DNA of 64,000 bases from Bacteroidia bacterium. GTDB lineage: Bacteria > Bacteroidota > Bacteroidia > NS11-12g > UBA955. The translations under genes were made by a program, and so were the position numbers. Position 1 is the first letter of the stretch. Each line of letters starts with the position of its first letter. The stretch spans positions 2,196-66,195 of the forward strand of contig JBIPNH010000003.1 in NCBI GenBank assembly GCA_044373665.1, in the 5' to 3' direction. The notes beneath the pieces are model-generated. The model ran no database searches, was not told where the DNA came from, and saw only the letters and a list, made by a program, of their open reading frames with translations. Shown here piece by piece: positions 46,098 to 54,764 of this stretch.

Positions 46098-46171
46098 TCC
46101 TTGATAGCTCAGCTGGTTAGAGCGAGTGACTGTTAATCACTAGGTCCCTGGTTCGAGCCCAGGTCAGGGAG
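46098..46171 (+). tRNA. tRNA-Asn (anticodon GTT)
   Basis: Manual cloverleaf. Acceptor stem tccttga/tcaggga (one G-U pair). D arm gctc-agctggtta-gagc. Anticodon stem agtga/tcact with loop ctGTTaa. T arm cctgg-ttcgagc-ccagg. Discriminator g. CCA is not encoded. Confidence 0.92.
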
Positions 46172-46183
46172 CAAAACAAAACA

Positions 46184-46209
46184 AGGCGACAGAAATGTCG
46201 CCTTTTTTT
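46184..46209 (+). terminator. rho-independent terminator after tRNA-Asn
   Basis: AGGCGAC-agaaat-GTCGCCT followed by tttttt. Confidence 0.8.
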
Positions 46210-46421
46210 ATGCCAGATTCTTAAAAACCCTTGTTATCATTGAGGATTAGAAATGTCCAAATACTGAGTTTGGTGGTTCGATATACTCCATTTCCATAAA
46301 CCAATAAATCTCTCAATATCTTGCTAATGATTTCTTGCTTCCCTATTAAATCTAAGTTTTTAAATAGATGAGTGATTTTTTCCTAAATCAGTAAGGAATT
46401 TTATGTAATTTTGAACGCAAA

Positions 46422-46808
46422 ATGCAACGCTTCAGACACCATATTATTTTCCGACTTATTTGTCTACTGATGGCGTTTCATATCTTCAACTGCAGTGTGG
46501 ACACTCCAGATGCAAAGCCCGACTATATTCCCGAAGATCTGTCTTACAACGATATCGAAAGTGTTGCCGAACTTATTCTAGAAGAAGTTTTAAATATTGA
46601 AAATGCAATTGCCGAACACGATGAAAAAGACACAGAAGACGGCAATAGTTTTGACCTTAAAAAAGATTTTGTTTATTTCCATCGAACAGAAGTTAAGAAC
46701 GACAAAAATTTCAACAACGGACTCTCCATAATTGCTTTAACCTATTATGATGAGCAATACAGCTCACAATTTCACCCCGAAATTGTGCCTCCACCACCCA
46801 AGTCCTAA
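46422..46808 (+). CDS. hypothetical small membrane/secreted protein upstream of the RND operon
   Basis: 128 aa with an N-terminal hydrophobic segment IIFRLICLLMAFHIFNC, an acidic middle and a PPPP C-terminus. No known domain recognised. Confidence 0.4.
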   Translation: MQRFRHHIIFRLICLLMAFHIFNCSVDTPDAKPDYIPEDLSYNDIESVAELILEEVLNIENAIAEHDEKDTEDGNSFDLKKDFVYFHRTEVKNDKNFNNGLSIIALTYYDEQYSSQFHPEIVPPPPKS

Positions 46809-46916
46809 TTCACCTTTTCAGCTGTTTTTAATTTAAGCCATTCAAAAAATTGAATTGCCTTTTGGTTTGGAGTAATCTCCAAACTCATTATCATTTTTAA
46901 CAATTTCATAAAATCA

Positions 46917-48029
46917 ATGAACAAGATAGTATTGCTATTTAGCATCGTTGTGGGCTTTGCGGCTTGCACATCAACCGAAGAAAACAAAACTGAACCAGGG
47001 AAATTCCCTTTAACCAGCCCACTTTTGGTGGACACCACATACACAAGTGAATATGTTGCCGAAATACAATCATTACATAATGTAGAAATAAGGGCAAAAA
47101 TCAAGGGCTACATAGAAAAAATTTATGTTGACGAAGGAAAACCTGTTAAAGCAGGACAAACCCTTTTCAGCATTAGCAATAAGGAGTTTAATCAGGAACT
47201 TTTGAAAGCAAAAGCAATGCTAAAAACTGTAATTGCTGAAGCAAAAACTGCCGAATTAGAACTACAAAACGTAAAAACTTTATCCGACAAAAACATTGTT
47301 TCTAAAACAGAATTGGAAAAAGCACAAGCCAATTTGGATGCTGCCAATGCACGGATTGACGAGGCAAAAGCCAATGAAGCAAGTGCAAGCATTAATTTAT
47401 CTCTAACGGAGATCAAAGCACCTTTTGACGGAACAGTTAACCGCATTCCTTTTAAGACAGGCAGTTTGATTGATGAAGGAACTTTGCTTACATCACTTTC
47501 AAACAACAAAGAAGTATATGCCTATTTCAATGTTTCGGAAAAGGAATATTTGGACTACACCACCAAAAAAGTAAACGGAGAGAAAAACAACATCACCCTT
47601 TTCTTGGCAAACGCAAAAGCCCACAAATACAAAGGAACAGTTGAAACCATTGAAGGGGAGTTTGACAAAAACACAGGGAACATTGCTTTTAGGGCAATAT
47701 TTCCAAATCCTGATTTGTTGCTCAAACATGGTTCAAGTGGCAAAGTGCAATTAACAAGCAACATAAAAAATGCTTTGCTAATTCCTCAAAAAGCAACCTT
47801 TGAAATTCAGGATAAATTTTATGTTTTTGTTGTAGATGCAAACAATGTTGTAAAGCAAAGAAACATAGTAATAAAGCAGCGTTTGCCGCAACTGTATGTT
47901 ATTGAAAGCGGACTTTCTGCAAATGATAAAATAATTTACGAAGGCATACAAACCGTGAAAGAAGGCGATAAAATCGTAACTGATTTTGTGCCGATGCAAC
48001 AAGTTATTTCACAATTAAAAACGCAATAA
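46917..48029 (+). CDS. RND efflux periplasmic adaptor subunit (AcrA/MexA-like), lipoprotein
   Basis: Lipobox FAAC, a lipoyl-like GYIEKIYVDEGKPVKAGQTLF segment, and a coiled-coil hairpin. Confidence 0.88.
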   Translation: MNKIVLLFSIVVGFAACTSTEENKTEPGKFPLTSPLLVDTTYTSEYVAEIQSLHNVEIRAKIKGYIEKIYVDEGKPVKAGQTLFSISNKEFNQELLKAKAMLKTVIAEAKTAELELQNVKTLSDKNIVSKTELEKAQANLDAANARIDEAKANEASASINLSLTEIKAPFDGTVNRIPFKTGSLIDEGTLLTSLSNNKEVYAYFNVSEKEYLDYTTKKVNGEKNNITLFLANAKAHKYKGTVETIEGEFDKNTGNIAFRAIFPNPDLLLKHGSSGKVQLTSNIKNALLIPQKATFEIQDKFYVFVVDANNVVKQRNIVIKQRLPQLYVIESGLSANDKIIYEGIQTVKEGDKIVTDFVPMQQVISQLKTQ

Positions 48030-48031
48030 AG

Positions 48032-51000
48032 ATGTTTAATAAATTTATTCACAGACCTGTTCTGTCCATAGTAATATCTTTAATGATATTGATATTGGGT
48101 GGTTTGGCACTTACTCAGTTGCCAATGACCCAATTCCCAAGTATAGCTCCACCCGAAGTAAACGTCACCATAGAATACACTGGTGCAAATGCAGAAACAG
48201 TTACAAAAGCAGCAATTGTTCCTTTAGAACGTGCCATAAATGGAGTTCCAGGAATGAAATATATGAGTAGTGATGCTGGAAACGATGGTGTAGGAGTTGT
48301 ACAAATACTTTTTGAAATAGGAACAAACCCAGATGTAGCTGCCGTTAACGTTCAAAATAGAGTAGCTGCCGTAATGGGTGAATTGCCTGCCGAAGTTATC
48401 CGTAATGGGGTAAAAATTGCCAAGGAAGAAAACGCAATGTTGATGTATTTGAACATATACAGCAACGATACAACGGTTGAAGAAAAGTTCCTTTATAACT
48501 TTGCCGATATCAATATTTTGGCAGAATTAAAACGTGTAAACGGTGTTGGCTATGCAGATATTTTAGGTGCAAAAGAATATGCAATGAGGGTTTGGTTAAA
48601 ACCCGATAAAATGCTCAATTACAAACTATCAACCGAAGATATTTTAACAGCTTTAGAAGAACAAAACGTAGAAGCAGCTCCTGGAAAAGTGGGTGAAAGT
48701 TCTGATAAAAAAGCACAAGCCTTACAGTATGTAATTAAATACACAGGTAAATACAATACCAAAGAAGAGTTTGAAAATATTGCCATAAAATCAACCATTA
48801 ACGGACAAATTTTAAGAGTAAAGGACATTGCGGATGTGGAGTTTGGCACTATTTATTTTGATGTGGAAGCCAAACTAAACGGCAAGCCATGTGCTGCAAT
48901 TATGCTTAAACAATTGCCAGGTTCTAATGCAAGTGAGGTAATAAAAAATGTAAAGTTGAGAATGACTGAAATCAAAAAATCAACTTTCACTAATGGAATG
49001 GACTATGAAATGAGCTATGATGTTTCTAAATTTTTAGATGCTTCGGTACACGAAGTTTTGAGAACATTATTAGAAGCATTTTTATTGGTGGCATTGGTAG
49101 TATTTATCTTTTTGGGTGATTTCCGTTCTACATTAATTCCTGCCATTGCAGTGCCCGTTTCGCTTGTTGGAACATTCTTTTTTATGCAACTATTTGGGTT
49201 TTCTATTAACCTAATAACCTTGTTTGCATTGGTTTTAGCAATTGGAATTGTGGTTGACAATGCAATTGTAGTAGTTGAAGCAGTTCATGCCAAAATGGAA
49301 GAACTTAACATAGATGCAAAAACGGCAACCGAAATAGCAATGAAAGAAATTAGCGGGGCGATTATTGCAATCACATTAGTAATGTCAGCAGTATTTATTC
49401 CTGTTGCATTTATGTCTGGCCCTGTGGGTATTTTCTACCGACAATTTTCGGTTACAATGGCGATCTCAATCGTGCTTTCAGGAATTAGTGCCTTGACATT
49501 AACCCCTGCCTTATGTGCCATGCTACTAAAAAACACACACGGAAAAGAGAAAAAGAAAAACTGGTTAAACAAATTCTTAGATGGTTTCAATAACCGTTAC
49601 AACAAACTTTCAAACCGTTACCAAAAACTGCTTGGTTATATAGTAAACAGAAGAGTAATTACATTCTTGGCATTGCTTATTTTCTGTTTGGGAACTTGGG
49701 GTTTAGGTAAAATTTTGCCTTCGGGTTTTATTCCAAACGAAGACCAAGGCACTTTTTATGCAAGTATAACAACTCCTTCGGGTGCAACTTTGGAGCGTAC
49801 AAAAGCAGTTGTTAATGAAGTTCAAAAATCGTGTTTGGGTGTTGATGCCATACAATCCGTTTCTTCATTAGCAGGAACAAATATCTTGTCGGATGGAACA
49901 GGGGCAACTTATGGCACTTGCTTAATTAACCTAAAAGATTGGGACAACAGAACAGAAAGTGTGGATGATGTTATTGCAATCATTGAAGAAAAAACAAAAC
50001 ATATTAAAGACGCTAAAATTGAGTTTTTTCCACCTCCAGCAGTACCTGGTTATGGTAATGCAAGCGGCTTTGAATTACGCCTTTTGAATAAAACAGGAAG
50101 CGGTGATTTCAAAAAAATGGAAGCAATAGTAAACCAATTCCTTCTAGATTTAAAAGCCCGACCAGAAATAGCAAGTGCATTTACCATTTTTGATGCCAGT
50201 TATCCGCAGTTTATGCTACATATTGATAATGACAAAGCTGCACAAAAAGGTGTAACGGTAAACAATGCAATGGGAACTTTACAAACCATGCTTGGCAGCG
50301 AATACGCTACAAACTTTATCAAGTTTAACCAAATGTATAAAGTAATGGTGCAAGCATTGCCCGAATATCGTGCTAAACCAGAAGATATTTTAAAACTAAC
50401 TGTTAAAAACGATGTTGGCGAAATGATTCCACTGTCCGCTTTTATGGATATTGAAAAAGTGTATGGTGTTGACCAAATTACACGTTATAATATGTATCCA
50501 TCGGCAGAATTAAATGGTGAAGCAAAAGCAGGTTATAGCAGCGGTGCGGTAATTTCAGCTATTCAAGAAGTTGCAAAAACTAAACTACCTAGAGGTTACG
50601 ACATTGACTGGGCAGGTATTACAAGAGATGAAGTAGCCACAGGAAACCAAGCTATTTACATTTTTATTATCTGTCTGCTATTTGTGTATTTACTATTGGC
50701 AGCACAATACGAAAGTTTTGTATTGCCTTTGCCTGTGATTCTTTCCTTGCCTACTGGTGTTTTCGGAGCATTTTTCCTGTTAACCATTTTGGGACTTGAA
50801 AACAATATTTATGCACAGGTAGCAATGGTTATGCTTATTGGCTTGTTAGGCAAAAATGCCGTATTGATTGTGGAGTTTGCCGTTCAAAAACATCGTGAAG
50901 GGCGGACAGTTTTTCAAGCAGCCATTGAAGGAGCAACGGTTAGGTTACGCCCAATCTTAATGACCTCATTTGCCTTTATAGCAGGTTTATTACCACTCGT

Positions 51001-51199
51001 TTTTGCAAGTGGTGCAGGTGCAGTAGGTAACAGAACAATAGGCACAGCAGCCGCAGGTGGTATGCTTTTCGGAACAATTTTCGGAGTAATAATCGTTCCA
51101 GGGCTTTACTACATTTTTGCAAGAATTTCAGAGAAAAACTTGCTGATTGACACAGAAGCAGAAAATCCATTAACAGAAGAAATTGAGAACAACAGATGA
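48032..51199 (+). CDS. RND efflux permease (HAE1/AcrB family)
   Basis: 1055 aa with 12 TM segments; FIHRPVLSIV N-terminus and AIGIVVDNAIVVVE motif. Confidence 0.92.
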   Translation: MFNKFIHRPVLSIVISLMILILGGLALTQLPMTQFPSIAPPEVNVTIEYTGANAETVTKAAIVPLERAINGVPGMKYMSSDAGNDGVGVVQILFEIGTNPDVAAVNVQNRVAAVMGELPAEVIRNGVKIAKEENAMLMYLNIYSNDTTVEEKFLYNFADINILAELKRVNGVGYADILGAKEYAMRVWLKPDKMLNYKLSTEDILTALEEQNVEAAPGKVGESSDKKAQALQYVIKYTGKYNTKEEFENIAIKSTINGQILRVKDIADVEFGTIYFDVEAKLNGKPCAAIMLKQLPGSNASEVIKNVKLRMTEIKKSTFTNGMDYEMSYDVSKFLDASVHEVLRTLLEAFLLVALVVFIFLGDFRSTLIPAIAVPVSLVGTFFFMQLFGFSINLITLFALVLAIGIVVDNAIVVVEAVHAKMEELNIDAKTATEIAMKEISGAIIAITLVMSAVFIPVAFMSGPVGIFYRQFSVTMAISIVLSGISALTLTPALCAMLLKNTHGKEKKKNWLNKFLDGFNNRYNKLSNRYQKLLGYIVNRRVITFLALLIFCLGTWGLGKILPSGFIPNEDQGTFYASITTPSGATLERTKAVVNEVQKSCLGVDAIQSVSSLAGTNILSDGTGATYGTCLINLKDWDNRTESVDDVIAIIEEKTKHIKDAKIEFFPPPAVPGYGNASGFELRLLNKTGSGDFKKMEAIVNQFLLDLKARPEIASAFTIFDASYPQFMLHIDNDKAAQKGVTVNNAMGTLQTMLGSEYATNFIKFNQMYKVMVQALPEYRAKPEDILKLTVKNDVGEMIPLSAFMDIEKVYGVDQITRYNMYPSAELNGEAKAGYSSGAVISAIQEVAKTKLPRGYDIDWAGITRDEVATGNQAIYIFIICLLFVYLLLAAQYESFVLPLPVILSLPTGVFGAFFLLTILGLENNIYAQVAMVMLIGLLGKNAVLIVEFAVQKHREGRTVFQAAIEGATVRLRPILMTSFAFIAGLLPLVFASGAGAVGNRTIGTAAAGGMLFGTIFGVIIVPGLYYIFARISEKNLLIDTEAENPLTEEIENNR

Positions 51200-52629
51200 A
51201 ATCACTTAAAAAAAATTTAGGTATACTTTCGATATTAGTTAGCATTGTTTATTTGAGTTGCAAAACACCCGAAACTATTGTAAAGAACGATAGAAAAAAA
51301 ATACCAATATCTTTTGAAGAAACAAAAGACAGCAGCAATTCGGCAGACATAAAGTGGAAAGATTTTTTTGCAGATAAAGATTTAATCATACTGATCGATA
51401 CTGCACTGAAAAACAATTTTGATGTGCTGATGACCTTGCAAAAAATTGAAATGGCAAGAAATGATTTGCGTTTAACCAAAGGTGCCATGCTGCCAACAGT
51501 TAATTCAAACTTTGCTTATTTGCAACGCAAATTTGGTTACTATACAATGGATGATGCAGGGAATAGAACAACAGAAATTACACCTGGACAAATCATTCCA
51601 ACAAATTTACCCGACTACTTTGTAGGAATACAAACCAATTGGGAAATTGACATTTGGGGCAAACTTCGCAACAAAAAGAAAGCGGCATTTTCAAGGTATT
51701 TAAGTAGCGTGGAAGGCACACATTTAGTGCTTACAAATTTGGTCTCTGAAATTGCAAATGCTTATTATGAATTGATTACATTGGACAATGAGTTAGACAT
51801 AATCCGTGAAACAATTAAGTTGCAGCAAGACGCATTAGAAATAATAAAAGTGCAGAAAGAAACTGGTGTAGCCAATGAATTAGCGGTAAAACAGTTTGAA
51901 GCACAAGTATTAAACTCACAAGGTTTGGAATTTGAAACCCTACAACAAATCACAGAGAACGAAAACAAAATGAATTTTTTGTTGGGCAGATTTCCGCAAC
52001 CAATTTTTAGGGAAAAATTCAATTTCACAACTCCAATTCCAACACAAATAAAAGCAGGTATTCCTTCCCAATTACTCAAAAACCGACCCGACATAAAGCA
52101 AACAGAGTTTGAATTATTGGCAACAAAATTTGATGTAAAAGCAGCTAAAGCCGCTTTTTATCCATCATTCAACATTACAGGTTCTTTGGGCTTTCAAGCA
52201 TTCAACACAGCTTTTCTTTTCGCTTCTCCGCAGTCTTTAGCTTACAATTTGTTAGGAAGTTTGGCAACACCCCTAATAAACCGAAGTGCCATAAAAGCAC
52301 AATTCAACAATGCAAAGGTCAATCAATTAGAGGCAATGTATAATTATCAGAAAACCATTTTGAACGGTTATGTTGAAGTATCAAATGAAATTTCAAATAT
52401 CAAAAATTTGGAACAAATCCACGACCGTAAAACCAAAGAAGTTAATGCATTATCGCAGTCCATTGACATTTCAAACGACTTGTTCAAATCAGGACGGGCA
52501 ACCTATTTTGAAGTTTTAATGATACAAAGCCGTTCTTTACAATCAAAACTTGAACTAGTACATACAAAAAAACGACAATACAACGCAACTGTGAATATTT
52601 ACAAAGCATTGGGAGGCGGTTGGAGGTAA
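51196..52629 (+). CDS. RND efflux outer-membrane factor lipoprotein (NodT family)
   Basis: Lipobox YLSC, TolC-type repeats, and a C-terminal YKALGGGW motif. 4-nt overlap with the permease gene. Confidence 0.88.
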   Translation: MKSLKKNLGILSILVSIVYLSCKTPETIVKNDRKKIPISFEETKDSSNSADIKWKDFFADKDLIILIDTALKNNFDVLMTLQKIEMARNDLRLTKGAMLPTVNSNFAYLQRKFGYYTMDDAGNRTTEITPGQIIPTNLPDYFVGIQTNWEIDIWGKLRNKKKAAFSRYLSSVEGTHLVLTNLVSEIANAYYELITLDNELDIIRETIKLQQDALEIIKVQKETGVANELAVKQFEAQVLNSQGLEFETLQQITENENKMNFLLGRFPQPIFREKFNFTTPIPTQIKAGIPSQLLKNRPDIKQTEFELLATKFDVKAAKAAFYPSFNITGSLGFQAFNTAFLFASPQSLAYNLLGSLATPLINRSAIKAQFNNAKVNQLEAMYNYQKTILNGYVEVSNEISNIKNLEQIHDRKTKEVNALSQSIDISNDLFKSGRATYFEVLMIQSRSLQSKLELVHTKKRQYNATVNIYKALGGGWR

Positions 52630-52714
52630 ACTGTCTCAAACTTGCCAGTACTTTAACTATGCTTCTTGATTTCAAAGAACTAACGCAAAATTAAGTGTCG
52701 CATAGACCCTCAAT

Positions 52715-52755
52715 TCATCCCAAAATCGGTTCGAGAATAGACCACCCTGGGGAGC
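52715..52755 (+). repeat. 41-bp direct repeat, left copy (tRNA 3'-half-like)
   Basis: tcatcccaaaatcGGTTCGAGaatagaccaccctgGGGAGC. By-eye identity to 54691-54731 is 34/41. Confidence 0.75.
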
Positions 52756-52804
52756 ACAAATGATAAAAAGGTTATACTTTTGTAGTGTAACCTTTTTATG
52801 TTTT

Positions 52805-52912
52805 ATGGATAAGTTAGTTCAATTCCTTAAAAAGTACCGAAATGAAGTTATCGTGGGCGTACTTGTGTTTCTCTTCTTGATTTTCCGAGATATAATAAAG
52901 ACTTTCCTATAA
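52805..52912 (+). CDS. possible 35-aa hydrophobic peptide
   Basis: My translation: MDKLVQFLKKYRNEVIVGVLVFLFLIFRDIIKTFL*. A TACTTTTG -7-like box lies at 52775-52782 and a terminator at 53004-53031. Too short for the ORF track, and there is no independent support. Confidence 0.2.
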   Translation: MDKLVQFLKKYRNEVIVGVLVFLFLIFRDIIKTFL

Positions 52913-53003
52913 AATTGCAGGAACTTTAACCCTTCAATTTCCTCATAGTAACATACTCTATCATCGCATTATAGTTGCATCTTTCGACGAAAAGGGGAGC
53001 CAA

Positions 53004-53031
53004 AAGCCTCACAGTATTGTGGGGCTTTTTT
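53004..53031 (+). terminator. rho-independent terminator
   Basis: AAGCCTCACA-gtat-TGTGGGGCTT (one G-U pair) followed by tttttt. Confidence 0.7.
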
Positions 53032-53059
53032 GTGTTTACATGCTTGGGGTAATTTCATA

Positions 53060-53099
53060 TTCCGCCAAAACAAACTAAATTGATGGATTTTGGCGAATT
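53060..53099. repeat. palindromic element H1 (imperfect) immediately 3' of the ATPase gene
   Basis: ttccgccaaaa-N17-ttttggcgaatt. Shares the 17-mer attttggcgaattataa with H2. Confidence 0.75.
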
Positions 53100-53106
53100 A
53101 TAAATA

Positions 53107-54522
53107 CTAATCAATAAATAAAACATCCATTTCCAAGTGACTATGAACTAATTCTTTGCTAAATTCATTTTCCTTAATTCCATAAGTCGTAATTAGCGTT
53201 ACGAAAATATTTTTCCTAGTTTTGGTATCTTGTTGTAGCTCTACAATTTTATTTTTCAGATTCATATAATATGATTTATCAATTGTAAAAACAGCATTAT
53301 AAAACTTCATTTCACACAATTGCATAACATTATCGCTTCGGTCAATCAATAGATCGACTTGGGCATTTTCATTAAACCAACTGCTGCCCGTTGTATAAAT
53401 AGCATCTATTCTCAACGCCTTCTTGATTTGTTGAATATGTTTAAGGCAAAGCGTTTCAAAAGCAAATCCAGACCATGAGAGATAGGATTGGGTAGTATAA
53501 AGTTTTTGCCAAGTCCCAGCTCCACCATTCTTGTTATTGTCAATAAACTTCAAGTAAAATCTAGAATACTCATCGGATAAGCGATAAAGTGTGAGCTGTT
53601 TCTTATTCTGATAGTATGGAGAATCCGTTACAAAGCCAGATTCAATTAACTCTTCAAGTTTTGAAGTAAAATCACCACTAGACGATATTTTACTTTGATT
53701 TATTAATTCATTCCTTGTCAGCCCTTTATTTGATTTTGCCAACGTTTTTATAAGTTTCATATGACGCACAGATTCATCAAATAGAGAAGCAAACAAATGA
53801 TTAAACTCATCGTTCAATATACCATCTTTACTAAAACATAATTTATCGATATTTTGAGATGCACTTAACCCTTTGCACAATTTTTCTAAATAGTGCGGCA
53901 CCCCGCCCAAAGCCATATAAATTTGTATCACGTCATAACGAGTATATTTTATACCATTCTTTATCAAAAACTGTTCTGTTTCAAATAGATTAAATGGAAG
54001 CAAACGTATTTTTCTTGAGATTCTATTATGCAGTCCGCCTTTATTTTTTATTATTTTCTGAACCATATAGGAAGCAGCAGAGCCACAAATAACCACAATC
54101 AAATCATTCCTTTTTGTGCAATAGGTATTCCAAAAGTTTTCAAAGGCCATTAAAAACTTCGATTTGGGCGTAGCTATCCAAGGAAATTCATCGATAAATA
54201 TTACTTTTTTACTCCCTGATTTAAAAGCCCCCAAATAAGATTCAAGCATTGTGAATGCCTGAAACCATGATTTTGCAGTCTCCAATTCAGTCTTCTTTGT
54301 TCTTTTAATGAGTTCCTTATTGAAAGTTTCAAGTTGATCTTTTAATGAGCCTCCAAATAATCCTGACATTTCAAAAACAAGATTAGCCTTAAAGTATTCA
54401 CGTATCAGATACGTTTTACCAATTCTTCTTCGCCCGTATAGGGCAATTAATTCAGACTTGTCATTGTCAATGGCTTCTTTGAGAAGTGCCTGCTCAAACT
54501 TTCTACCAATAATTTTATTCAT
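53107..54522 (-). CDS. AAA+ ATPase (archaeal-ATPase/ORC-like P-loop) fused to a DUF234-type wHTH/PD-(D/E)xK nuclease-like C-terminus
   Basis: Walker A in LYGRRRIGKTYL, Walker B in VIFIDEF, and a C-terminal FETLC...VDLLID...LCEMKF pattern (E...D...ExK). Confidence 0.75.
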   Translation of the reverse strand: MNKIIGRKFEQALLKEAIDNDKSELIALYGRRRIGKTYLIREYFKANLVFEMSGLFGGSLKDQLETFNKELIKRTKKTELETAKSWFQAFTMLESYLGAFKSGSKKVIFIDEFPWIATPKSKFLMAFENFWNTYCTKRNDLIVVICGSAASYMVQKIIKNKGGLHNRISRKIRLLPFNLFETEQFLIKNGIKYTRYDVIQIYMALGGVPHYLEKLCKGLSASQNIDKLCFSKDGILNDEFNHLFASLFDESVRHMKLIKTLAKSNKGLTRNELINQSKISSSGDFTSKLEELIESGFVTDSPYYQNKKQLTLYRLSDEYSRFYLKFIDNNKNGGAGTWQKLYTTQSYLSWSGFAFETLCLKHIQQIKKALRIDAIYTTGSSWFNENAQVDLLIDRSDNVMQLCEMKFYNAVFTIDKSYYMNLKNKIVELQQDTKTRKNIFVTLITTYGIKENEFSKELVHSHLEMDVLFID

Positions 54523-54531
54523 AAAGATAAG

Positions 54532-54580
54532 TTATAATTCGCCAAAATTACAAAATAAAATCAATTTTGGCGAATTATAA
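54532..54580. repeat. palindromic element H2 (perfect 18-bp inverted repeat) immediately 5' of the ATPase gene
   Basis: ttataattcgccaaaatt-N13-aattttggcgaattataa. On the minus strand it contains a TAATTTTG -7-like box upstream of the ATG at 54522. Confidence 0.8.
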
Positions 54581-54690
54581 TAATATTTTAGCAATTTCCC
54601 TTAACCATAATAAAGAGATTTTGTTACTTGACTCTAAAGAAATATTACCAAAATTAACTATAACCTATTATACCAAAGCTGCATAAATCC

Positions 54691-54731
54691 TCATCCCAAA
54701 ATTGATTCGAGAATAGCCCCGTTTGGGGAGC
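54691..54731 (+). repeat. 41-bp direct repeat, right copy
   Basis: tcatcccaaaattGATTCGAGaatagccccgtttgGGGAGC. A partial third copy (ggggagccaaaa) lies at 52994-53005. Confidence 0.75.
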
Positions 54732-54764
54732 CAAAAAAAACACTCATCTTCTAATAGCTTTTTA

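Noticed and set aside
46805-47104. 99-aa minus-strand ORF overlapping the RND adaptor start
   Set aside because: It is antisense to the lipoprotein signal region of a well-supported gene, with no motif support.
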